From NCBI RefSeq assembly GCF_900167395.1, contig NZ_FUWK01000008.1, positions 11,772 through 43,771 of the forward strand: a DNA stretch of 32,000 nt, read 5' to 3'. The stretch comes from Nitrosomonas europaea. GTDB taxonomy: Bacteria; Pseudomonadota; Gammaproteobacteria; Burkholderiales; Nitrosomonadaceae. A program made the translations under genes and the position numbers. A model generated the notes under the pieces. It had not been told where the DNA came from and searched no databases. It was given only the letters and a program-made list of their open reading frames with translations. Position 1 is the first letter of the stretch; each line of letters starts with the position of its first letter. Positions 19,694-27,389 of the stretch are shown here, piece after piece.

Positions 19694-21028
19694 TCAGATC
19701 AATTTGACGAATACCTTGGAACGCCGCTGGTAGTTGTAAAAATTCTGTTTCAGTCGAGGAAGCTGGTCAGGGGTGGTTTCCGAAAAGCCGCGTTCTACGA
19801 ACCAGTGAGTGGTACGGGTGGTAAGTGCGAACAGGCGGCGGTAACCTTGTTCCCTGGCCTGATCTTCAAGATGATCGATCAGTATCCGGCCGATACCTGC
19901 CTTGCGATATTCGGGGTGTACTGCGAGGCAGGCCAGTTCGCATGCTTTGTCATCCGGGAAAGGGTAGAGTGCCGCACAAGCGATGATCATGTTGTCGTGT
20001 TCGATCACTGTGAAGCGCTCAATTTCCATTTCCAGCAATTCCCGGTTGCGCCGTACCAGGATACCTGCATTCTCTAATGGTTCGATCAATTGGAGAATAG
20101 CACCGATGTCTTCGATTTCAGCTTGGCGGATGATTTGCAACGGGTCACGTGTGATCATGCTGCCAATACCGCTATGAGTGAACAGTTCGAGCAGCAGTGC
20201 GCCATCGATATGGCGGCTGACGAGATGAACGCGCTTCACTCCCTTTTCACATGCATGTAACGCCCATGGCAGGTAGAGCCGGGTATCCTCATCCGGCTGA
20301 TCTGTTGCTGTTTCCATTGTTGCAAGTAGTGTTTTACCCTGCCTGACAGTGAGTTCCGGCAGTAATACGGCGCCTGATTCAGTTTGCTGCCGGATTCCTG
20401 GTGTATCCACCAGAAAAATTAATTTATCGGCCTGGAGAGCGGCAGCTACTTCAGCGGCAATATTTTCCAGCGTCAGGTTGAAAATTTCCCCTGTCGGCGA
20501 ATAACCCAGAGGGGAGAGCAGTACTACCGTCCCTTGTTCGAGCTGATCGAGAATTGCCGTGATATTGATACGACGTACTTCTCCCGTGTATTGCAGATCC
20601 ACGCCTTCCAACACACCGACCGGCCGGGCGGTTACGAAGTTACCGCTGGCTACCCGTATGGCGGCATTGGCCATGGGTGTGTTGGGTAAGCCCATCGACA
20701 GCAGGGCTTCGATCTCGACCCGTACTTTGCCGACGGCTTCTTTCACACATTGCAGGGTTGCAGCATCAGTAACACGCATGCCCTGCACATAGCTCATTTC
20801 CTGCTGATTTGCCCGAAGCCGGGATTCAATTTGCGGGCGTGCACCATGTACCAGCACCAGTTGGATGCCGAGGCTGGCAAGCAGATTGAAATCCTGCACC
20901 AGCTCAACAAATTTTCCGTTCTCAACGACTTCACCCCCGAAAGCGATGACGAAGACTTTTCCATGGCTGGCATGGATATGGGGGGTGACGGAACGAAACC
21001 AGGTGACAAATTCGGTATCCGATTTCAT
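19694..21028 (-). CDS. argA: Amino-acid N-acetyltransferase (N-acetylglutamate synthase)
   Basis: The N-terminal amino-acid-kinase fold (FVTWFRSVTPHIHASHGKVFVIAFGGE) and the C-terminal GNAT domain (LAVHPEYRKAGIGRILIDHLE) give the typical 444-aa ArgA architecture. Confidence 0.92.
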   Translation of the reverse strand: MKSDTEFVTWFRSVTPHIHASHGKVFVIAFGGEVVENGKFVELVQDFNLLASLGIQLVLVHGARPQIESRLRANQQEMSYVQGMRVTDAATLQCVKEAVGKVRVEIEALLSMGLPNTPMANAAIRVASGNFVTARPVGVLEGVDLQYTGEVRRINITAILDQLEQGTVVLLSPLGYSPTGEIFNLTLENIAAEVAAALQADKLIFLVDTPGIRQQTESGAVLLPELTVRQGKTLLATMETATDQPDEDTRLYLPWALHACEKGVKRVHLVSRHIDGALLLELFTHSGIGSMITRDPLQIIRQAEIEDIGAILQLIEPLENAGILVRRNRELLEMEIERFTVIEHDNMIIACAALYPFPDDKACELACLAVHPEYRKAGIGRILIDHLEDQAREQGYRRLFALTTRTTHWFVERGFSETTPDQLPRLKQNFYNYQRRSKVFVKLI

Positions 21029-21051
21029 GGCTGATCAAAATAGAAATGTTA

Positions 21052-21810
21052 TCAATAGTCCCCCCAGAGCGTCTGAGCGGCGGCAATGGCAGCCAGTGCT
21101 GCGCTTTCGGTGCGCAGAATGCGGTTGCCCAGGCGAACGGGTATGAATCCGGCGAGGTGGGCGGCATCAGTCTCTTCCCCGGTGAATCCCCCTTCCGGGC
21201 CCGTCAGTAAGGTCAGGCATTCTCCGGTCCGGGGAGGGGATAATTCGACCAGGCGCTGATGGGCAGCGGGGGAAAGCATGATATCGTGCCCGGCTGGGTT
21301 GTCGTTTTTGTATTTTTCTGCCAATTTCTGTTCCAGCCAGTGTGACAGGGGCATGAGCGGCAAAAGTAGGGGGATTTGGTTCCTTCCACATTGCTCACAG
21401 GCAGCAATGATGATTTTCTGCCAGTGCTGTTCGCGTTTATCAGCACGTTCTCCGGTGAGCCGAATGAGGGTACGGCGGGTGATCAGGGGTTGTATGCGGG
21501 TAGCGCCCTGTTCAATCGCTTTCTGGATGATCCAGTCCATTTTTTCATTGGCACAAACGGCTTGCGCGAGTTCGATCATCAGTGGAGATTCGCGCTCGAC
21601 CGGCAGATGGCATTCGATTCTGACCTGACAGCCTGATTTGCTGATTTGTTCGAGGCGGCCGGAGAACTCGCCACCGGTTCCATCGAACAATGTGACAGCG
21701 TCTCCCGGTTTCAATCGAAGCACTTGAGCTGCATGATGGCTGGTATCGCTGTTCAGCGTAATCCATTCGGCATCACGGATAGGGGGAGTATGGAAAAAGC
21801 GTGCTGTCAT
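21052..21810 (-). CDS. rsmE: 16S rRNA (uracil1498-N3)-methyltransferase RsmE
   Basis: Has a PUA-like N-terminus (HHAAQVLRLKPGDAVTLFDG) and the SPOUT C-terminus LLTGPEGGFTGEE...RLGNRILRTESAALAAIA. Confidence 0.9.
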   Translation of the reverse strand: MTARFFHTPPIRDAEWITLNSDTSHHAAQVLRLKPGDAVTLFDGTGGEFSGRLEQISKSGCQVRIECHLPVERESPLMIELAQAVCANEKMDWIIQKAIEQGATRIQPLITRRTLIRLTGERADKREQHWQKIIIAACEQCGRNQIPLLLPLMPLSHWLEQKLAEKYKNDNPAGHDIMLSPAAHQRLVELSPPRTGECLTLLTGPEGGFTGEETDAAHLAGFIPVRLGNRILRTESAALAAIAAAQTLWGDY

Positions 21811-21906
21811 GTGGAACGGTTAAATGGCCGGGAAGAAAATGGAGCAAAAAACTTCTGTGATAGTATAGGCAAGAATACCGTCAATTATTAGAAAAGGAGT
21901 AGTTGA

Positions 21907-22464
21907 ATGGCGAGTCTGGAAACACCGGTTTGTAATTTTGGCTGGAAGGCGGTGGATTTCGATCTTCCCGGCGTGGATGGCAAGCGTTACAACCTGGCCT
22001 CGGTGATGGGTGAAAATGGATTGCTGGTCATGTTCATATGTAACCATTGTCCTTACGTGAAAGCTATTCGCGACCGGATCATCCGGGATACCAGAGAGTT
22101 TGCTGAACACGGTATCGGTGCAATTGCCATCATGTCCAACGACCCGGCAGATTATCCGGAAGATTCATTCGAAAATATGGCTAAAGTAGCCCGGGAATAT
22201 GCCTATCCGTTTCCTTATGTGCAGGATGAAACTCAGGAAATCGCCAAGGTATATGGTGCGGTTTGCACGCCGGATTTCTTTGGTTTCAATAACAAGTTGG
22301 AGCTGCAGTATCGTGGCCGGATGGATGCTTCCCGCAAAGAAGCCGCGCCTGCCGATGCTCGCCGGGAGTTGTTTGAAGCCATGGTTCAGGTAGCCAGAAC
22401 CGGACGCGGGCCCGAGGAGCAGATTCCGAGTATCGGTTGTTCGATCAAATGGCGGGAAGATTGA
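21907..22464 (+). CDS. Thioredoxin-fold (AhpC/TSA-redoxin-like) protein
   Basis: A 185-aa protein with VMFICNHCPYVKA (CxxC-type motif in a thioredoxin-fold context) and DPADYPEDSF. The RBS AAAGGAG ends 7 nt before the ATG. Confidence 0.8.
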   Translation: MASLETPVCNFGWKAVDFDLPGVDGKRYNLASVMGENGLLVMFICNHCPYVKAIRDRIIRDTREFAEHGIGAIAIMSNDPADYPEDSFENMAKVAREYAYPFPYVQDETQEIAKVYGAVCTPDFFGFNNKLELQYRGRMDASRKEAAPADARRELFEAMVQVARTGRGPEEQIPSIGCSIKWRED

Positions 22465-23270
22465 ACGTGCTGGAACGTGTCATCAAGGCTGTGAGGGAAG
22501 TTGCTCGTGATGAGATCATGTCGCGTTATCTGCAGGTGGAACGTATCTATAAGGCAGATGGCAGTTTTTATACCGAAGCGGATCTGGCTGCTCAGGTAAG
22601 TCTGCTGGGGCGGCTGCATGAAATTGCGCCTGTTGCGATGATCGGCGAAGAAATGTCGGAATCAGAGCAGCTGGCGCAATGGGAAGCAGGGCAGGACGGA
22701 TTGTGGAGTATCGATCCGATCGACGGCACCTCCAATTTTCTGAACGGATTGCCTTATTTTGCGGTTTCTGTGGCGCTGATGCGGGGCGGCAGAAGTGTGC
22801 TGGGTGTGGTCTACAATCCGGCAACGGATGAAATGTTCTACGCCGAGCAGGGGAAGGGGGCTTTTCTCAACGGTAAGGCATTGCCTTTTTCCAGACGAAA
22901 AATTCCATTGAACAAAGCAATAGCCAATGTCGATTTCAAGCGGCTGGATCGCCGGCTGGCTGTGGAAATCGTTTCCAGACCTCCCTATTCCTCACAGCGT
23001 AATTACGGTACCTGCACACTGGAATGGTGCTATACCGCTGCGGGATATTTTGATCTGTATCTGCATGGTGGCCAAAAGCCGTGGGATTATGCCGCCGGCT
23101 GTCTGATTCTCGAAGAAGCCGGGGGGCATCGCTGCACGCTGAGCGAGGATGATTACTGGTCCGGTAATCCTTGGCGCCGTTCAGTCATTGGTGCGCTTGA
23201 TGAAGATTTGTTTGTGCTGTGGCGCGACTGGATCAGATCGCGCGTATCGGATATCGACAATCTCCGTTGA
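22449..23270 (+). CDS. Inositol monophosphatase-family phosphatase (SuhB/CysQ-like)
   Basis: Carries the family signatures WSIDPIDGTSNF and WDYAAGCLILEEAGG. The start is ambiguous between TTG 22437, ATG 22449 and TTG 22461. TTG 22461 forms a TTGA overlap with the upstream stop at 22462-22464 and gives MNVLERVIKAV, which looks like a typical family N-terminus. Confidence 0.88.
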   Translation: MAGRLNVLERVIKAVREVARDEIMSRYLQVERIYKADGSFYTEADLAAQVSLLGRLHEIAPVAMIGEEMSESEQLAQWEAGQDGLWSIDPIDGTSNFLNGLPYFAVSVALMRGGRSVLGVVYNPATDEMFYAEQGKGAFLNGKALPFSRRKIPLNKAIANVDFKRLDRRLAVEIVSRPPYSSQRNYGTCTLEWCYTAAGYFDLYLHGGQKPWDYAAGCLILEEAGGHRCTLSEDDYWSGNPWRRSVIGALDEDLFVLWRDWIRSRVSDIDNLR

Positions 23271-23418
23271 TGGGTTTTTTGAGAGATTTTTCAAAAAAAC
23301 TTGCAGCAGATCAGTTTCAAGAAATACAACAGCGTGGCCTGTCTTGCTGCGGTGTAATCGTACCCGATTGATGGTGCTTGAGCAGGAGCTATCTGCACTT
23401 GCTTCCATCGACCAGTAT

Positions 23419-25038
23419 TCAGCTGACAAAGAAATTGCGCATCATGCCCATGTCTTCATGTTCCAGATTGTGACAGTGGTAAAGAAACAGACCCGTGTAG
23501 TCCATAAAGGGTTTGATGATTTCGACCTCTTCCCCGGGCATGACCAGCACGGTATCTTTCCAGCCACTGTTGATGAATCCATCCTTGACCGTAGCATAAG
23601 CATTGTCAGCGTAGCCGGGTTTACGTGACAGAATCTGGAATTGCTGGCCGTGAAGATGAATCGGATGGGGCAGTGCCATCATCATGCCCATCATTCCGCC
23701 TCCCTGGCCGCCGCGCATTCCCCTTCCCATTCCTCCGCCCATTGCCGGGTTGGCATTGGAGATCCGGATCTTTTGCACGGTATTCAACGGGATTCTTTCC
23801 TGTTCGGTGTAATCCAGCATCTCAAAGATTCTGCCATTGAGATTGAATGTCATACGACGCATGCCGATGTTGATCGGTACCGTCTTATCAGGATTGGAAA
23901 CATCTTTTACGGTCAGGCGGTGTATAGGAACCAGTGTATCCGGCAATTTGGGTGAATCACTGACCTGTTCGGTGATGGTGAATCTGACGAGTGTATCTTT
24001 GCTGCCCTGATCCACTGCACCTTCCTGCATACCCATTCCCCCCCTGCCACCGCGCATTCCACCTCCCATGCCCATGGAAAATCCCTGATACGGCAACGTT
24101 TGCAGAGCCAGCTCGGATCCGGTTTTGTGTCCGCTGAAATCGACCCAGAGCTCCACCCGTTCTGCCGGGCTCAGCATGATATAGGGAAAAGTTTCCGGTT
24201 TTTCCAGTAATCCGCCGTCGGTGCCGATGGCTGTAATCGGAGAGCCATCACTCCAGCCCAGTTTGTAGATTCTGGCGTTTGAGCCATTCAGGATGCGAAG
24301 ACGGTAGGCACGTGTTTTTACAGGGATAACATGGTTGCGCTGGCCATTTACCAGAATGGTATCGCCCAGGAAACCCTGCATACGCTGACGCATGGTCAGC
24401 GAATAATGCAACTGATTACCGGACGTGAAACTGCGATCCTGGATGACCAGCGGGATATCGAATTCACCACTGGGCAGATCCAGTTTGCGTTCAGCTTCAT
24501 CTGTAATGGTGATGAGCCCGGTGAGGCCCTGATACACCTGTCTGGCAGTCATTTCATGTGTGTGTGAATGATACCAGTTGGTACCGGCAGGATTTTTTAC
24601 CTCAAACTCGTAGACATACTGTTCACCCTGCAGGATGGCATACATCGGATGTCCATCCATGATCTGCGGTACATGCATACCGTGCCAATGAGTAACACAG
24701 GGCTCCGGTAATTGATTGTAGAAAAATATTCGGACTCTCTGACCTTGCTCGAGGTTGAGAATGGGCCCCAGATAGCCGGGTAGTTGTTTGATGGCGGCCT
24801 GTGGGCCTTTCAACAATTTCCCGGTGTACTTGAGTACACGGGTAGCGGCTCCTGGCAGAATCGGGATTTCAGCCGTTTGTGCGGTCAATGCGATTTCGAC
24901 ATCCGGTTTAAATACCTTGTCGGGTGTCTGGTTGAGGTGACGATTTGCTGTGGATGCAAAACCGGGAATGGAAGTGGTGAGTGTTCCTAATGCTGCATAT
25001 TGCAAGAATCGGCGACGATTGAAATCGATATTTGTCAT
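23419..25038 (-). CDS. Tat-exported three-domain multicopper oxidase (CopA/CueO-like) with Met/Gly/Arg-rich inserts
   Basis: Has a twin-arginine signal (NRRRFLQYAALG). The copper ligand motifs THWHGMHV, WYHSHTH, HPIHLHG and HCHNLEHEDMGMM are all present. There are two methionine-rich inserts: MGMGGGMRGGRGGMGM and AMGGGMGRGMRGGQGGGMMGMMM. Confidence 0.92.
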   Translation of the reverse strand: MTNIDFNRRRFLQYAALGTLTTSIPGFASTANRHLNQTPDKVFKPDVEIALTAQTAEIPILPGAATRVLKYTGKLLKGPQAAIKQLPGYLGPILNLEQGQRVRIFFYNQLPEPCVTHWHGMHVPQIMDGHPMYAILQGEQYVYEFEVKNPAGTNWYHSHTHEMTARQVYQGLTGLITITDEAERKLDLPSGEFDIPLVIQDRSFTSGNQLHYSLTMRQRMQGFLGDTILVNGQRNHVIPVKTRAYRLRILNGSNARIYKLGWSDGSPITAIGTDGGLLEKPETFPYIMLSPAERVELWVDFSGHKTGSELALQTLPYQGFSMGMGGGMRGGRGGMGMQEGAVDQGSKDTLVRFTITEQVSDSPKLPDTLVPIHRLTVKDVSNPDKTVPINIGMRRMTFNLNGRIFEMLDYTEQERIPLNTVQKIRISNANPAMGGGMGRGMRGGQGGGMMGMMMALPHPIHLHGQQFQILSRKPGYADNAYATVKDGFINSGWKDTVLVMPGEEVEIIKPFMDYTGLFLYHCHNLEHEDMGMMRNFFVS

Positions 25039-25180
25039 GGCAGTCAGCTGTCTGTTTTGGATGATTATTTGAATCCTTCATTTTCGTCGGATATCAAGCG
25101 TAACAGCTTACATAAAGGATGCACGGGTGTGGTGAAAAATCCACATGATCTCAGAAAACATGGATTTCTCCCTTCGGTTT

Positions 25181-25236
25181 ATCCCGGAATGCAAAGTGAA
25201 TACGTGTAAAATTTACGAAAAAATTGATTCCGGGAT
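25181..25236. repeat. 10-bp perfect inverted repeat, 36-nt spacer, in the oxidase/barrel divergent intergenic region
   Basis: The arms are ATCCCGGAAT (25181-25190) and ATTCCGGGAT (25227-25236). The spacer contains a second small palindrome, GTAAA-a-TTTAC (25206-25216). Read directly from the sequence; function unknown. Confidence 0.8.
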
Positions 25237-25302
25237 GTTTCAAGGTCTGGTGCCGTTACCGGAAGCATGTAACGATCTCTTTTATATGGTGATTATTTCA
25301 AA

Positions 25303-26964
25303 ATGCATACAACTGACCCTGCGGGATGGTGTTCCAATCGGAACAGTTTGATCAGGAAATTGCTGACATCGTTTATCGGCAGCTCATCTGGGGCAGTCAA
25401 AATTTGCCGGAAAGCAGCAACCGTTTCTTTTATCCTTGCAACCGGAAGCAGCCAGCTATTTGCCAGCGGGAGCAGTCCCACGGCAACTCAGGTCGACTGG
25501 TCCAAGGCGCCCCCTGTTTCGCCGCCTCCTCGTGCCGGTATTTTTGTCAAGCCGCCAATGGGGCCCGGGTATTTTTCGTTGCTGGATCTGATCGATGGTA
25601 ACGAGCGGGAAAAGCCGCAGGTTGATCCTTTGCCACCTTCTGCTCTGACGACGACCCCGGCTTTCGATTTTGATTTCCGCTATCTTGAACAGCCGGGTCA
25701 CGATAAAGATTTTTTCGATCCGGTCAAACGTATCCATCTGGGCAGTGACTGGTTGCTGTCCTTCGGCGGCAGTTTCTGGTATCGCTATATGCATGAAACG
25801 GACAGCCGCTTGAATGCAGCCGGGATCAATAATGACTACCATTTGTTACGGACACGGCTTCATGCCGATCTCTGGTATCAGGATCAGTTCCGGCTGTTTG
25901 CCGAGATGCTGGATGCGCGTGCATTAGGGCTGGATCTGCCAGCTTTGGCAATCGATAAGAACCATACCGACATGCTCAATCTGTTTGCGGATGTCAAGCT
26001 GGGGCAGTTCATGGACGGGCCGGCTTATCTGCGGGTGGGGCGTCAGGAACTTTTGTACGGATCACAACGGCTGATATCGACATTGGACTGGGCAAATACG
26101 CGCCGGACATTTCAGGGAGTAAAGACTTTCTGGCAGACCCCCGCGTTCAATCTGGATGCATTCTGGGTGCGACCGATGGTAACTGAGCCCAACCAGTTCG
26201 ATAACTGGGACAAAGATCGCAACTTTGTCGGTTTGTGGGGGACTTACAAGGCCATTCCGGGCCAGGTGCTCGATCTGTATTACCTGAGTCTGGTCGATAA
26301 CCGAAACGTCTCCCCGGCCAATATCACCCAGGGCAATGTGCTGCAGGGAGATTCGGTCCTGCATACGATCGGCGCACGCTGGGTGGGTGATTATGAGCGT
26401 ATTCTCTACGAGCTGGAAGGCATGTATCAATTCGGAAAACGTTCTCACCTCGATATTTCGGCTTTTTCAATCGCTTCCGGAGTGGGTTATCAGTTACCGC
26501 TTCCGATGAATCCTCAGTTCTGGTTGCGTTATGATTTTGCCTCGGGGGATAAAAATCATCGTGACGGGCGCAGCAATACGTTCAACCAGCTTTTTCCGTT
26601 CGGTCACTATTATTTTGGCTATATCGACCAGGTAGGGCGGCAGAATATCCACGATTTCAATGCCCAGTTCACTTTGCATCCGCAACCATGGGTGACATTT
26701 CTCGGCCAGTACCATCGTTTTTATCTGGCGAATAAACGGGATTACCTGTATAACGCGGCCGGGGCAGGGACGATACGCGATATTACCGGCCAATCGGGTA
26801 GCCATGTTGGAGATGAAATAGATTTTACGATCAATTTTCATCTCAGTCGTCATCAGGATGTATTACTGGGGTATTCAAAACTTTTTACCGGTGAATTCCT
26901 CAAAAATACGCGCCCCGGTGTTTCGCCTGATTTATTCTATGCGCAATATAATTTCCGGTTCTGA
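25303..26964 (+). CDS. Outer-membrane beta-barrel protein, probably alginate-export (AlgE-like) family
   Basis: A 553-aa ORF with amphipathic alternating-residue strands and a C-terminal aromatic signature (YAQYNFRF). LRVGRQELLYGSQRLISTLDWANTRRTFQGVK resembles the alginate-export family signature as I recall it. The N-terminal ~50 aa and the exact start are uncertain; a signal-like segment ends at ...SSQLFA. Confidence 0.8.
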   Translation: MHTTDPAGWCSNRNSLIRKLLTSFIGSSSGAVKICRKAATVSFILATGSSQLFASGSSPTATQVDWSKAPPVSPPPRAGIFVKPPMGPGYFSLLDLIDGNEREKPQVDPLPPSALTTTPAFDFDFRYLEQPGHDKDFFDPVKRIHLGSDWLLSFGGSFWYRYMHETDSRLNAAGINNDYHLLRTRLHADLWYQDQFRLFAEMLDARALGLDLPALAIDKNHTDMLNLFADVKLGQFMDGPAYLRVGRQELLYGSQRLISTLDWANTRRTFQGVKTFWQTPAFNLDAFWVRPMVTEPNQFDNWDKDRNFVGLWGTYKAIPGQVLDLYYLSLVDNRNVSPANITQGNVLQGDSVLHTIGARWVGDYERILYELEGMYQFGKRSHLDISAFSIASGVGYQLPLPMNPQFWLRYDFASGDKNHRDGRSNTFNQLFPFGHYYFGYIDQVGRQNIHDFNAQFTLHPQPWVTFLGQYHRFYLANKRDYLYNAAGAGTIRDITGQSGSHVGDEIDFTINFHLSRHQDVLLGYSKLFTGEFLKNTRPGVSPDLFYAQYNFRF

Positions 26965-26968
26965 TCAA

Positions 26969-26988
26969 CTGACCGGTCAGGCTTTTTT
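26969..26988 (+). terminator. Weak hairpin plus T-tract after the barrel gene
   Basis: CTGACCGGTCAG (26969-26980) is palindromic, giving a 4-5 bp stem. It is followed by GC and TTTTTT (26983-26988). The stem is short, so this is at most a partial terminator. Confidence 0.3.
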
Positions 26989-27015
26989 CACACTCTTATA
27001 AAGGAAGAAATCAAA

Positions 27016-27351
27016 ATGTTCAGAACGGTATCTGCTGTGATTCTGGCAATTTTACTCATGAGTTTCAATTTGTCTGCCGCCCGGGCAGAAGGGGCATCTG
27101 GAGTTGAAACGATGCCTGCGAACGAGGGGGTTGTCGTTTCCTCGATCGATGCGGCGGGGTATACCTATATGGAGCTTGCGAATGGAGGCAAAAAATTCTG
27201 GATAGCAGCACCGACGACCAAGGTCAGTAATGGCGAGCATATCCGTTTCGTGGAAAGTATGAGAATGCATAATTTCACCAGCAAAACACTGAACCGGACC
27301 TTTAGTGAGCTGATTTTCGTTACATCTACCCAGGCCAAAGTAGAGAAGTAA
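27016..27351 (+). CDS. Small exported protein of unknown function (111 aa; about 87 aa mature)
   Basis: Has a signal peptide (MFRTVSAVILAILLMSFNLSAARA/EG). The RBS AAGGAAG (27002-27008) is 7 nt before the ATG. The mature part contains GYTYMEL, FWIAAP, VESMRMHNF and SKTLNRTF. Confidence 0.8.
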   Translation: MFRTVSAVILAILLMSFNLSAARAEGASGVETMPANEGVVVSSIDAAGYTYMELANGGKKFWIAAPTTKVSNGEHIRFVESMRMHNFTSKTLNRTFSELIFVTSTQAKVEK

Positions 27352-27389
27352 ATAGATTCTTCGCCGGGATGAAGGTAATCCGGTTACGG

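Noticed and set aside
25055-25085. An AT-rich stretch, GATGATTATTTGAATCC, next to the oxidase start. I considered it as a Fur-like or CopR-like box.
   Set aside because: It has only partial resemblance to the 19-bp Fur consensus and no dyad symmetry. I cannot support the call without a matrix scan.
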